In this document: positions 1-9,279 of the stretch, one piece after another
How the letters are laid out: each line of letters opens with the position of its first letter
Position numbering within the stretch: position 1 is the first letter of the stretch
From: an uncultured bacterium
GTDB taxonomy: Bacteria > Elusimicrobiota > Elusimicrobia > Elusimicrobiales > Elusimicrobiaceae
DNA length: 64,000 nt
Assembly (NCBI GenBank): GCA_949294095.1
Contig: CASFFZ010000012.1
Coordinates: forward strand, 79,336-143,335
Direction of reading: 5' to 3'
Notes under the pieces: generated by a model
The model's database searches: none
Seen by the model: the letters and a program-made list of their open reading frames with translations, nothing else
What the model was told of the DNA's origin: nothing
Program-made: the position numbers and the translations under genes

Positions 1-1362
1 AACATCGGTGTTTTGCTCCAAAAACGCAAGCGCCAACGCCGCGCCGCCGGCCCAGTCGCGCACGCGGGCCAAAGCGTCCAGCCGGGCGTGCGTATCCTCC
101 AGCCAGGCCAAAAACGAAGTATCGTCCTCCGGGCCGTGGGGCAGCAAATCGCGCCACTGGCTTAAATCCCGGCTGGCTAACGATTGCGCCGCCTGCCGGC
201 GCCAGACGTTTTTTTGTGCAGGCTTAAAATACGGCGAAGATACCACCGCCAGCACGGTTTGGCGGTCAAAACCGTTGGTCAACAGCGAAAACAAATTTAA
301 GCAAAAAACACCCAGCGGAAACTTGGAAAGCGGATAGGAAAACGAGCCGTTAAACGCAATGCAGTTTTCCGCAAATACGCGCTGGATTTCCGTCTGATAC
401 GGCGCCAGCGAACGCGCCAAAACGGCAATGTCCGAGAGGCGGTAGCCTTCTTTTTCGGTTAAACGCAAAATTTCTTTGGCCGCATAAAATACTTCGCCGC
501 GCGCGTCCGCCGCGCTGACAATATGCACCCCGGACTGGGGCGCGCTGTCCGAAGAAGCAAACAAGAATTGACCGCTTTTTCCCAACGCGCCAAAACGCCC
601 CCGGTCTACATTTTCCCCGCTGCCGGCGCCCAGCCAGTTGGTTTCAAAAAATTTCTGGGCAAAGCGGTAGGCCGGATGTTTGAGATACGGGGCAAAGACC
701 GTCACCGCATACTGTGCGCGCAAGCGGTTAAACAGCTCCAGCTGGCGGCCGGTCATATCGTAAAAACCGTAGAAAATAATTTCATCAAACCCGCGTAAAA
801 AATCGGAATTTTCCGCCTGCTGCAATGCCCGCTCAAAGGCTTGCTGATAGGGCCTGAACCCCGGCACGGCGGCGGCCGCCTCCAAATAACGGCGGTAGAG
901 GCGGTTGAACCACTTCAGGCGCGGCCCGTCCTGCTCCAGCACGGCGTCCGGCGCGGTGCGCAGGTGTTCGTCCAACACATCCGGCTCGGCCAGGGCGTCT
1001 TCCAAGTCTCGCAGCGCGCTTTTGACGGCCTGCACAAACCCGCGCGACGCAGGATAGCGGTTTAAACCCGGTTCCGCCAGTAAATTTTTAATTAAAAAAT
1101 CGCGCAGATTATCCTGCGGCAGCAACGCCGGCGGCTGGCCGGGGGCCTCGCGGTCCAGCTCGCTTATCAGCGCGCCCGCCGTTAAAAAATAAAAATTGGC
1201 CGCCGCCCCCAACTCCCGCGCCAAACGTTCCCGCAGGCGCTGCGCCAATAGCGAAGAAGAACACACCACCAGCCACCGCGACAAAACGCCCGAACGCCGC
1301 GTTTGCACGCGGCGCACAAAAGCGTCTTCCAGCGAAGGATAATGGGCGTAAAAGAGTTCCAT
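1..1362 (-). CDS. AddB/RexB-like helicase-nuclease subunit, N-terminal 454 codons (gene runs off the left edge)
   Basis: Absent from the ORF track because there is no stop in the window. I checked every reverse-frame codon from 1 to 1362 and found no stop; the ATG is the rc of 1360-1362. The translation MELFYAHYPSLEDAFVRRVQTRRSGVLSRWLVVCSSSLLAQRLRERLA...EIIFYGFYDMTGRQLELF resembles an AddB-type N-terminal helicase-like domain. The Walker A position is degenerate (VVCSSS). Confidence 0.5.
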   Translation of the reverse strand, partial: MELFYAHYPSLEDAFVRRVQTRRSGVLSRWLVVCSSSLLAQRLRERLARELGAAANFYFLTAGALISELDREAPGQPPALLPQDNLRDFLIKNLLAEPGLNRYPASRGFVQAVKSALRDLEDALAEPDVLDEHLRTAPDAVLEQDGPRLKWFNRLYRRYLEAAAAVPGFRPYQQAFERALQQAENSDFLRGFDEIIFYGFYDMTGRQLELFNRLRAQYAVTVFAPYLKHPAYRFAQKFFETNWLGAGSGENVDRGRFGALGKSGQFLFASSDSAPQSGVHIVSAADARGEVFYAAKEILRLTEKEGYRLSDIAVLARSLAPYQTEIQRVFAENCIAFNGSFSYPLSKFPLGVFCLNLFSLLTNGFDRQTVLAVVSSPYFKPAQKNVWRRQAAQSLASRDLSQWRDLLPHGPEDDTSFLAWLEDTHARLDALARVRDWAGGAALALAFLEQNTDV

Positions 1363-1423
1363 AAATTTGTAGAATAAAGGTACTTATTTTTTTATTACAT
1401 TTTTAAGCATTTAGTCAAACGAT

Positions 1424-1879
1424 ATGAAAACACTTCTTTTAATCCGCCACGCCCACGCATTGCCCGCGTATGAGGCCGGCGTGCCCAGCGACGCCCTGCG
1501 GCCCCTTTCCGAACCGGGCCGGCAAAAAGCCGCCCGCACCGCCAAAGCCCTTGCCGGCAAAGGCCTGCACCCGCAGATCGTTTTTTCAAGCCCGCTCCTG
1601 CGCGCCGTGCAAACCGCCGAAATCATCGCCCAAATGTTCCATGCGCCTCTTTCCAAAGAAACCGTATTGAACGGGCTATACGACGAAAAAGACGTGCGCG
1701 ATTTTCTGACCGAACAATTCAACACCTACGACACGATTGCCGCCGTGGGGCACAATCCCAACGTGTCGTACCTGACGCACCTGCTGTGCGCCGAAGTGCA
1801 TAGCTTTATGCCGGGTTCTTTTGCCTGGGTGGATATGACCGACCCGAAAACCCCGCGCTTAACTTATTTTGGAGAATAG
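1424..1879 (+). CDS. sixA: SixA-type phosphohistidine phosphatase (histidine phosphatase superfamily)
   Basis: 151 aa. Has LLIRHAHA (RHG-type catalytic motif), FSSPLLRAVQTAEI and a late GHNP motif, with SixA-like size and layout. Confidence 0.7.
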   Translation: MKTLLLIRHAHALPAYEAGVPSDALRPLSEPGRQKAARTAKALAGKGLHPQIVFSSPLLRAVQTAEIIAQMFHAPLSKETVLNGLYDEKDVRDFLTEQFNTYDTIAAVGHNPNVSYLTHLLCAEVHSFMPGSFAWVDMTDPKTPRLTYFGE

Positions 1880-1881
1880 AA

Positions 1882-2661
1882 ATGACGATTTTGGACGCCG
1901 TTTTATTGGGACTTTTACAAGCATTGGGCGAATTTCTGCCTATTTCCAGCTCGGCCCATTTGGTGCTTTTGCCCTACTTTCGCGGAATGGAATACCAAGG
2001 ACTGGCTTTTGACGTACTGCTCCACGCCGCTACGCTGCTGGCGGTAATTCTGTACTTTGCCAAAGACTGGTTTTACCTGTTAAAAGACGGGCTGACGCAC
2101 CCCACCTCCGCACAGGGACGAATGCTGTGGTATTTGGCGGCGGCCACCGTGCCGGCGGGCCTGGCGGGGCTTTTGCTAAACGATTGGGCCGAAAGCACTT
2201 TTCGCAATCCGCTGATGATTGCCGGCTGTTTAATGGTGTTTGCCGCCCTTTTGTGGTGGGCCGACCGAAAAGGCGCCAAAAACGAAACCCAAGAAATTAC
2301 GTTTAAAACGATTATGCTGATTGGATGCGCCCAGGCGTTGGCCATTATGCCGGGCGTCTCCCGAAGCGGCATTACGATTACCGCCGCCCTGCTGTTGGGG
2401 CTTTCGCGGCCGGCGGGGGCGCGGATATCGTTTTTGCTTTCCACTCCTATTATTGCGGGGGCGGCTTTGTTGGAAATGGGGCAGCTGTCGGCGGCGGATA
2501 TCCAGGCGCCGCTTGTGTGGGGGTTTGTCAGCGCGTTTGCGGGGGCGCTGGCCGTCATCGGCTGGCTGATGAAATACATTAAAACCCACAGTTTTGACAT
2601 CTTTGTCTATTACCGCTGGCTGTTGGGTGCGGCCATTATCGTATTTTATTTTTGTAAATAA
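1882..2661 (+). CDS. uppP: undecaprenyl-diphosphatase (BacA/UppP)
   Basis: 259 aa polytopic membrane protein. Has the N-terminal LQALGEFLPISSSAHLVL and PGVSRSGITI motifs typical of UppP. Confidence 0.9.
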   Translation: MTILDAVLLGLLQALGEFLPISSSAHLVLLPYFRGMEYQGLAFDVLLHAATLLAVILYFAKDWFYLLKDGLTHPTSAQGRMLWYLAAATVPAGLAGLLLNDWAESTFRNPLMIAGCLMVFAALLWWADRKGAKNETQEITFKTIMLIGCAQALAIMPGVSRSGITITAALLLGLSRPAGARISFLLSTPIIAGAALLEMGQLSAADIQAPLVWGFVSAFAGALAVIGWLMKYIKTHSFDIFVYYRWLLGAAIIVFYFCK

Positions 2662-2675
2662 TTTAAACCGCCCAC

Positions 2676-2712
2676 AAAAAACCGGAACAGAAAAGTCTGT
2701 TCCGGTTTTTTG
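2676..2712. terminator. bidirectional rho-independent terminator between uppP(+) and proC(-)
   Basis: Stem accggaacag (2681-2690) pairs with ctgttccggt (2697-2706). It is flanked by an A-run upstream and a T-run downstream. Confidence 0.7.
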
Positions 2713-2726
2713 ATTTTTTAACGGGT

Positions 2727-3518
2727 TTATTTGCCGGCCGCTTCCTGGGCTTTTTGCACCGTGGCATCAACGGCGCTTTGCAACGCCTCTTTCAGCCCCG
2801 CCGCCTGCAAGGCCGCCATTCCCGCCGCCGTACAGCCGCCGGGAGTGGCTACTTTTTGCGCCAGCTGCGCCGGTGCAATCTTTTCCGCCTTTACCATTTG
2901 GGCCGCGCCCAATACGGTTTGCACCGCCAGTTCCGCCGCCTGCTTGGCTTCAAGCCCTTGGGCGGCTCCCGCCTGCGCCAGCGCGTCAATAAAAGCATAC
3001 ACAAACGCCGGGCCCGAGCCTGACACGGCCGTCCCTGCGTCAAACAACCTCTCCGCCAGTTCCACCGTTTGGCCTAGGCGGGCGAAAACGGCCTCTATGT
3101 CTTGCCGCTGGCGGGCACCCACCCATTTGCCAAAAGCAAACAGCGTTACCCCTTCCCCCAGCGCAAGCGGCGTGTTGGGCATAATGCGCACCACGGGCCA
3201 GCCGGGCAAAGCGGCCTGCAATTTTTCTAGCGTCCACCCCAAAGCCATACACACCACCGGTTTCGGAGGAAGCATTTGCATTTCCGCCAATACTTGCGGC
3301 ACAACGCCGGGCTTAACGGCAAGCAGCACCACATCGGCCTGCTGAGCCGTTTGGCGGTTATCCGTGCCGGCGGCAAGGCCGTATTGTTCCCGCCAGCGCG
3401 CGGCCGAAGCCTGCGAAGAAACCGATACCAAAATATCGGCTTTCGGCCAGCCGCTTTTCAGTAATCCTCTAATCATAGCGCCGCCCATTTCGCCGGCGCC
3501 GATAAACCCCAGTTTCAT
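2727..3518 (-). CDS. proC: pyrroline-5-carboxylate reductase
   Basis: 263 aa. Has the N-terminal Rossmann motif MKLGFIGAGEMGGAMIRGL, a ProC-like C-terminal dimerisation region, and is the last gene of proBAC. Confidence 0.9.
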   Translation of the reverse strand: MKLGFIGAGEMGGAMIRGLLKSGWPKADILVSVSSQASAARWREQYGLAAGTDNRQTAQQADVVLLAVKPGVVPQVLAEMQMLPPKPVVCMALGWTLEKLQAALPGWPVVRIMPNTPLALGEGVTLFAFGKWVGARQRQDIEAVFARLGQTVELAERLFDAGTAVSGSGPAFVYAFIDALAQAGAAQGLEAKQAAELAVQTVLGAAQMVKAEKIAPAQLAQKVATPGGCTAAGMAALQAAGLKEALQSAVDATVQKAQEAAGK

Positions 3519-4819
3519 TGTTTGCTCCCTATTTTTTTGTGCGTAAACGGCTTGGCGTTGGCACCCACGTAATCGGCCACGATTTGGCCGTTTCCGTACA
3601 GTTTATATTTATAAATCGTCAGCCCTTCCAGCCCCACCGGGCCGCGGGCGTGGGTTTTGCCCGTGCTGATGCCGACTTCCGCCCCGAAGCCGTAGCGGTA
3701 GCCGTCGGCAAAGCGGGTGGAGGCGTTGTGATAAACGCCGGCGGAATCTACCAAGTCCATAAAGATTTGCGCTTCTTCGTGTTCGGCTGTTAAAATACAG
3801 TCGGTATGGTGCGAGCCGAAACGGTTGATGTGCGAAATGGCTTCCAGCAAATTTTTAACCTGCTTGACGGAAAGCTTTTTCTCGCCGTATTCGGTATGCC
3901 AGTCCGTTACCGGGCCCGATACCCGGGCCAACGCCGCAATATCCGCACCGCCAAAAAGCGATACGCCGTTTTTCAATAAGGTTTCCAATAACGCTTTCTT
4001 ATTTTTCTCCGGCCACCGCTCATCCAGCAAAAGCGTTTCCACCGCGTTGCAGGCCGAAGGATACTGCGTTTTGGCGTCCACGCAAATGCGGCAGGCCGTT
4101 TCCAAATCGGCCGACGCCGCGACATAAATATGGCATACGCCGTCCGCATGGCCCAACACGGGGATTTTGGTGTTTGCTTTTACATAGGCAATCAGCCCGT
4201 TGCCGCCGCGCGGAATGATTAAATCAAAGTATTGGTCTAAGGCCAGCATCTCGGCGGATTCTTCCCGCGTGTGGATAAGCTGCAGCGCCTGCGCCGGATA
4301 GCCGGGCACGGAGGAAAGCGCCGTTTGCAGCGTGCAGGCCAGGGCGTCGTTGGTATGGGCGGCCTCGCTGCCGCCTTTTAACATCACGGCATTGCCCGAT
4401 TTTACCGCCAGCGCCGCAATTTGCGGCACCACGTCGGGGCGGGCTTCAAAAATAACGCCAATAAGGCCAATGGGGCAGGAGATTTTATAGAGGCTTAGGC
4501 CTTCGTCCAGTTCCGTGGCCGCCAGCACGCGCCCGACCGGGTCGGGCAATTCCACCAGTTCTTCCACGCCTTTGATGACGGTTTCTAATTTTTCCCGCGT
4601 CAATTTCAGCCGCTCATAAAGCGCAGGTTTCATGTGGCCCGCTTCCACGGCCAGCCGAGCTTGCTGCAAGTCCAGCCGGTTGGCGGCTAAAATTTCATCG
4701 GCATGCACGCGCAGGGCGCACGCCATGGCGTTTAACGCGCGGTCTTTGGTTTCGGGCGGCAGGGCAGCCAAGACGTAAGAAGCTTCTTTGGCGCGGGCCG
4801 CTTGTTGGGCTACGGTCAT
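3515..4819 (-). CDS. proA: gamma-glutamyl phosphate reductase
   Basis: The ORF-track ORF 3515-5089 overlaps proB for 260 nt. The internal start MTVAQQAARAKEASYVL (ATG = rc of 4817-4819) gives a 434-aa ProA-length protein. Its stop overlaps the proC start (ATGA at 3515-3518). Confidence 0.9.
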   Translation of the reverse strand: MTVAQQAARAKEASYVLAALPPETKDRALNAMACALRVHADEILAANRLDLQQARLAVEAGHMKPALYERLKLTREKLETVIKGVEELVELPDPVGRVLAATELDEGLSLYKISCPIGLIGVIFEARPDVVPQIAALAVKSGNAVMLKGGSEAAHTNDALACTLQTALSSVPGYPAQALQLIHTREESAEMLALDQYFDLIIPRGGNGLIAYVKANTKIPVLGHADGVCHIYVAASADLETACRICVDAKTQYPSACNAVETLLLDERWPEKNKKALLETLLKNGVSLFGGADIAALARVSGPVTDWHTEYGEKKLSVKQVKNLLEAISHINRFGSHHTDCILTAEHEEAQIFMDLVDSAGVYHNASTRFADGYRYGFGAEVGISTGKTHARGPVGLEGLTIYKYKLYGNGQIVADYVGANAKPFTHKKIGSKQ

Positions 4820-4826
4820 AATTTCC

Positions 4827-5969
4827 TCACAGTAAAACAATGTTATCGCGGTGGACGGCTTCGTCGTAGTTTTTATAGCCGATTTTTTTGGCGATGTCTT
4901 CCGAGCGGCAGCCCGCAATTTTGCGGCATTCCTTATCGGAATAGTTGGCCAGGCCGCGGGCAAACTCCACGCCGTGTTCGTCCAAAATGGAAATGGCGTC
5001 CCCCGCTTCAAATTCGCCGCCCACGGCCACAATGCCCGCCGGCAGCAGAGAAGATCCTTTTTGGCACAGCGCTTTTTTGGCGCCCACATTGACGGTTACT
5101 CCGCCCGCCACATTGGTGGCATACGCCAGCCATAATTTTTTGCCGGGCAAATCTTCCACCGGCAGAAAAAGCGTGCCCGCAAAATCCGGCCCGAACACGG
5201 CAGACACCGCCCCCGGCCGTTTGCCATAGGCAATCACCATGGCCGCGCCCGAGCGCGTAACCACTTTGGCGGCTTCCAGCTTGGTTTTCATTCCGCCGCG
5301 CCCGCGGGAAGAAGCACAAAACCCCAAGGACTCTATCTCGGGCGTAACGCCTTTGACTACCTCAATAAGTTTGGCGTTTTTGTCTTTGCGCGGGTCGCCG
5401 CTGTAGAGGCCGTCCACGTCGCTCATTACGCACAGCAAATCGGCGTCCATGCCGCTGGCCACCAAGGCGGAAAGTTTGTCGTTGTCGCCAAAGCAGACTT
5501 TAATTCCTTTTTCTTTGTAGCCGCGCAGTTCGTTGGTGGAGACGGTATCGTTTTGGTTAATGACGGGAATGCACCCCAGTTCCAGCAGGCGGTTTAACGT
5601 ATCGCGCAGGCTTAAATAACGGCTGCGGTGGGAAAAGTCGTCCTCCGTCAAAAGCACTTGCGCCGCCACCAAACCTAATTGTTTAAAACCGTCTTCGTAA
5701 AATTTCATCAGGCTGATTTGCCCCACCGCCGCGCAGGCTTGCTTTAAAGCCAGCACGTCGGGGGCGCTTGTAAGCCCCAAACGCTTTTTCCCCACCCCCA
5801 CCGCACCGGAAGTAACCACCAAAATTTCTTTCCCTTGGGCGTGCAGGGCGGCAATATCCTCTATAAAAGAATACAACCGCGACAATGCCAAATCGCCTTT
5901 ATCGTTTGTTAAAGCGTTGGTGCCAAATTTAATGACAATCCGTTTGGCTTTTTTAATTAAGTCTTTCAT
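4827..5969 (-). CDS. proB: glutamate 5-kinase with C-terminal PUA domain
   Basis: 380 aa. Has the amino-acid-kinase fold (IVIKFGTNALT..., VVTSGAVG) and a PUA-like C-terminus (GVTVNVGAKKAL...GDAISILDEHG). Confidence 0.9.
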   Translation of the reverse strand: MKDLIKKAKRIVIKFGTNALTNDKGDLALSRLYSFIEDIAALHAQGKEILVVTSGAVGVGKKRLGLTSAPDVLALKQACAAVGQISLMKFYEDGFKQLGLVAAQVLLTEDDFSHRSRYLSLRDTLNRLLELGCIPVINQNDTVSTNELRGYKEKGIKVCFGDNDKLSALVASGMDADLLCVMSDVDGLYSGDPRKDKNAKLIEVVKGVTPEIESLGFCASSRGRGGMKTKLEAAKVVTRSGAAMVIAYGKRPGAVSAVFGPDFAGTLFLPVEDLPGKKLWLAYATNVAGGVTVNVGAKKALCQKGSSLLPAGIVAVGGEFEAGDAISILDEHGVEFARGLANYSDKECRKIAGCRSEDIAKKIGYKNYDEAVHRDNIVLL

Positions 5970-5977
5970 AATATCCC

Positions 5978-6012
5978 CACAAAAAATAAACCCCGCCCCG
6001 AAAGGCGGGGCT
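5978..6012 (-). terminator. rho-independent terminator after the nuclease gene
   Basis: ccccgcccc (5991-5999), gaaa loop, ggcgggg (6004-6010). On the minus strand the hairpin is followed by TTTATTTTTTG. Confidence 0.7.
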
Positions 6013-6027
6013 CAAGCGTAAAAAACG

Positions 6028-6762
6028 TTATTCGGCTGTTTCCGGCTTTACGCACGAGTGCTCGCAGCGCGTTTGAAACGGGCAGGAGGCACAATGCTGC
6101 AAATTCGGTTCAAAGTCGTTTACTTCTATTTTTTTGCCGATGTCAATAAACGTATCCAAAATTTTGGTTTCGTCAAACGCTTCAAACGGGGCGCTCATTT
6201 TTTGGTTAAACGCCACAAAATAAAAGGTAGCCATCCCTTTTTGCATATTCCACGCGCGGCGCGCCCCCACGGCATAAATGCCCAGCTGCAGGGAGTCCGT
6301 TACCGGCAGGGACAAATCCACATCCGTTCCGGTTTTGTAGTCAATCACTTCCCAAGACCCGTCGGGATGCTTGTCAATGCGGTCAATTTTGCCGCGCAGC
6401 GTCCATTGCCCTTCCTGAAAAATAAATTCGCGCTCGGTGCTGTCTACCGTGGTTTTGCGTTCGTATTCGGCTTGGGCGTACGTTTCCAGCATTTTTTTGC
6501 CTTTTAAATACCACTCCATCTGCTCGCCGGCGCTGGCGTATCCGGCGCCCAGCCAGCAATCGTCATAATAAGACATCAGTTCCGAAGGGTCGTTGCTGTT
6601 GCGGTGGTATTCTTCCAGCGCGCGGTGAATGGACACCCCCAGCGAAGACGCCGGCACCAGCCCTTCGCGTTTGCCTTCTATATACTTAAGCTTATACAAG
6701 ACCGGACATTCCAAATAGGTCTTGATTTTGGAATAGTTCAGTTCGTATACGTCGCTATACAT
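6028..6762 (-). CDS. PD-(D/E)XK nuclease, Cas4/RecB-like with a 4-Cys cluster
   Basis: 244 aa. Has an N-terminal YLECP Cys, GKIDRIDK...EVIDYKTG (D...E-x-K nuclease core), QLGIYA and a C-terminal CASCPFQTRCEHSC. It overlaps the rsmD stop by 8 nt. Confidence 0.7.
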   Translation of the reverse strand: MYSDVYELNYSKIKTYLECPVLYKLKYIEGKREGLVPASSLGVSIHRALEEYHRNSNDPSELMSYYDDCWLGAGYASAGEQMEWYLKGKKMLETYAQAEYERKTTVDSTEREFIFQEGQWTLRGKIDRIDKHPDGSWEVIDYKTGTDVDLSLPVTDSLQLGIYAVGARRAWNMQKGMATFYFVAFNQKMSAPFEAFDETKILDTFIDIGKKIEVNDFEPNLQHCASCPFQTRCEHSCVKPETAE

Positions 6763-7357
6763 GGCTGTCCTCTTTTAAGGGCTGCGCCGCACGCAGGAAA
6801 TGCACCAGCGTGTCTCCGTATTTTTCCACGCGGTAGATTTCCAGCCCCTGCGGCACTTCAAATTCTTCGGTTTTGTGGGTTTGCAAGACGATAATCCCGT
6901 TGGGCGCCAACAGCCGCGCCGAAGCCACATTGGCCAAAGCCGGCTGGGAAAACGCCAGCATTTTGTTGTTGATGTCGCGGTAGGGCGGGCCCATAAAAAT
7001 AATGTCGTAGCCTTCGTTGTCGCTGTAGGGCAGCAGCCAGTCCAGCGGTTTTAATACGTCGCCGCGGAGCACTTTGGCCCGGTCTGCAAAGCCCAGGTGC
7101 TCCAAGTTGCGGTGGATGTTTTTAATGCACGCGGGTTCCCGGTCTACCATCACGGTTTTTTGCGCCCCGCGCGACAAGGCTTCCAGCGACACGTTCCCCG
7201 TCCCGGCGAACAAATCCAGCATTATCGCCCCCGTAATGCGCGGGCGCAAAATATCAAACAGGGATTGTTTGATCCGGTCGGAAATGGGTTTTACGGGCAG
7301 ATTTTTAGAAACGGAAAAGATCCGCCGCCCGCGGGCGGTTCCGGCAATAATACGCAT
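6755..7357 (-). CDS. rsmD: 16S rRNA (guanine966-N2)-methyltransferase
   Basis: 200 aa. Has MRIIAGTARGRRI, the PISDRIKQSLFDIL motif, the SAM-binding LDLFAGTGNVSLEALSRGA, and the GPPY motif. Confidence 0.85.
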   Translation of the reverse strand: MRIIAGTARGRRIFSVSKNLPVKPISDRIKQSLFDILRPRITGAIMLDLFAGTGNVSLEALSRGAQKTVMVDREPACIKNIHRNLEHLGFADRAKVLRGDVLKPLDWLLPYSDNEGYDIIFMGPPYRDINNKMLAFSQPALANVASARLLAPNGIIVLQTHKTEEFEVPQGLEIYRVEKYGDTLVHFLRAAQPLKEDSHV

Positions 7358-7368
7358 ACGAGTCCTTT

Positions 7369-8016
7369 TTATAACTGGGCAATGCCCTCTTTAATTGCAT
7401 AGCGCACCAGCTCGGCCTGTTTATGAATGCCCAGCTTTTTCATGATGTTATTGCGGTGCACGTGAATGGTATTTAACGACAAATTAAACGATTTGGCAAT
7501 TTGTTTGCTGCTGTAGCCCTCGGCAATCAGCTGCAGCACTTCTTTTTCCTTGGGGGTCAGGCCGGTAGCATCGCGCTTGCGGGAAGAAGTCTTGCCCAAA
7601 AAGCCCTGTACGATGTATTTGGATACTTTGCTGCACAGATAAAACCGGCCGGCCGCCACTTCTTCAATGGCGTCCACGATTTCGTCGGCGGTGGAAACTT
7701 TTACAATAAATCCTTTGGCCCCCGCCTTGAGGGATTTTTCCACCGATACGCGGTCGTCATACATGCTTAAAATGACCACTTTGGCCTGCGGGTCGTGCTT
7801 GACAATCCGCTCCGTGGCTTCAATGCCGTTTAAAAGCGGCATGGAAATGTCCACCACATATACGTCGGCTTTGTGTTTTTGGGCGTACTCCACCAAATCT
7901 TTCCCGTTGGAAATTTCGGCTACGATTTCCATGTCTTTGCCCAAATTTTCCAACACCGCCCGTACTCCGTTGCGAACGATGGCATGATCATCTGCTAATA
8001 CAATTTTCTTCTTCAT
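7369..8016 (-). CDS. NarL/FixJ(LuxR)-family response regulator
   Basis: REC domain (MKKKIVLADDH..., DVYVVDISMP) plus a LuxR HTH (LTPKEKEVLQLIAEGYSSKQIA). I prefer the start at 8016, whose ATG overlaps the HK stop (ATGA), over the track start at 8046. Confidence 0.85.
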   Translation of the reverse strand: MKKKIVLADDHAIVRNGVRAVLENLGKDMEIVAEISNGKDLVEYAQKHKADVYVVDISMPLLNGIEATERIVKHDPQAKVVILSMYDDRVSVEKSLKAGAKGFIVKVSTADEIVDAIEEVAAGRFYLCSKVSKYIVQGFLGKTSSRKRDATGLTPKEKEVLQLIAEGYSSKQIAKSFNLSLNTIHVHRNNIMKKLGIHKQAELVRYAIKEGIAQL

Positions 8017-9164
8017 TCGTTTCCCCCATACACCACGCACGGGCACGCAACCTCAATACGGGTTCCCTTTCCCGGCGTACTTTTTATGGATATCGTTCCG
8101 CCCAACAGGCGTACACTGTCCTGCATGGCCAGAAGCCCTACTTTGCGGATGGAGCGCTGCTTTACCGGCTTAAACCCAACGCCGTCGTCCTCCACCACCA
8201 AGCGGATTTGATCGCCTTGCCGGGCCAGCAACACATAAATTTTGCTGGCGCGGGCGTGTTTAACAATGTTGTTTAGCGCTTCTTGCACGATGCGGTAGAG
8301 TAAAATTTTTACACTGTCGGAAATGCCGTTTTCCTTGGTGGCCGGATCATACTCAAATGTATAGGGAATATGCACATACCCGCTGATATTTTCCAACAGT
8401 TCCTGCACCGATCCCCCCAGCGCACCGTCATTTTCCAGGCTGGGCGGCCGAAGCGACACAATGATGTTTTTCACCCGGTCTACGCTGTTTTTAATCTGCG
8501 CGTCCAGCTTGGCAATATCGGCCAGCGCCTGTTTGCGGTTGCCCTCTTTTACGCTGGCTTTCACTAAGCTGAGCAAAGCCGTTAAAATGACTACGGCCGA
8601 GCCGATTTCATCATGCAGCGCTTTGGAAATTTCCTTTTTCTCCGTTTCCCGTGCGGCCAGCAGAATCTGGGAAAACGTCCGCGGGGCCGTTCCTTCCCGC
8701 AGTATTTCTCCGCCGCGGTATACGCCGCCCCAATAGGTTATATCACGCGTCAGGAAAAGAATCCGGTCAATTTGGTTATTCTCCCCGCTAAGCGGGATGA
8801 GCGTGGTTTGATAAAAACAATGTTTGCCGGCTTTTTCAAGCCCCCATTCATAATGCTGGATATGGCCTTCCAGCGCTTGTTTGAGCGGGCGGGAATAGGC
8901 CGTTAGATTATCGGTAATATCTGCGGGAGAAAGCCGGCCGGAAATGTTGCTAACCACCGTGGCCTGCCGGGTAAGGGCGTCCACCACCGCCACCACGTCG
9001 TAGCCTTCCACCCCGTGTTTTTGAATGGATTTTAAATCTTCGGGAGCCAGCGCCCCCAGCAGCCCCTGTGCCGCTTCTTGCGGGGCCGGCTGTGTTTTAT
9101 GTTGAGGACAGGAGAAAACGCGACAACGTTCTCCCTTTGATTGGGAAATTCGTTTTTTAGTCAT
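8013..9164 (-). CDS. soluble sensor histidine kinase (PAS-like N-terminus, HisKA_3 + HATPase_c)
   Basis: 383 aa with no TM segment. Has the H-box ALHDEIGSAV and the N/G boxes EALNNIVKHA...DDGVGF...GGTISIKSTPGKGT. Confidence 0.8.
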   Translation of the reverse strand: MTKKRISQSKGERCRVFSCPQHKTQPAPQEAAQGLLGALAPEDLKSIQKHGVEGYDVVAVVDALTRQATVVSNISGRLSPADITDNLTAYSRPLKQALEGHIQHYEWGLEKAGKHCFYQTTLIPLSGENNQIDRILFLTRDITYWGGVYRGGEILREGTAPRTFSQILLAARETEKKEISKALHDEIGSAVVILTALLSLVKASVKEGNRKQALADIAKLDAQIKNSVDRVKNIIVSLRPPSLENDGALGGSVQELLENISGYVHIPYTFEYDPATKENGISDSVKILLYRIVQEALNNIVKHARASKIYVLLARQGDQIRLVVEDDGVGFKPVKQRSIRKVGLLAMQDSVRLLGGTISIKSTPGKGTRIEVACPCVVYGGNE

Positions 9165-9263
9165 AAGCAGCCTCTAATACATCCTAATTGTTATTTTACA
9201 ATAGTTTTACCCTTTTTTACTACCCGCCCGCCGCCCGGAACAACGGTTATCAGCGGGTATTTT

Positions 9264-9272
9264 TGATATAAT
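9264..9272 (+). promoter_or_regulatory. extended -10 (TGaTATAAT) placed 7 nt before the PBP1A ATG; predicted leaderless transcript
   Basis: TG at 9264-9265, TATAAT at 9267-9272, ATG at 9280. There is no Shine-Dalgarno in the 7-nt gap (ttagtgt). Confidence 0.45.
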
Positions 9273-9279
9273 TTAGTGT

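Noticed and set aside
4820-5089. 90-codon N-terminal extension of proA in the ORF track (start 5089)
   Set aside because: It would overlap proB by 260 nt and translates to Trp/Pro/Ala-rich nonsense. The internal ATG at 4819 gives a normal ProA N-terminus 7 nt after the proB stop.
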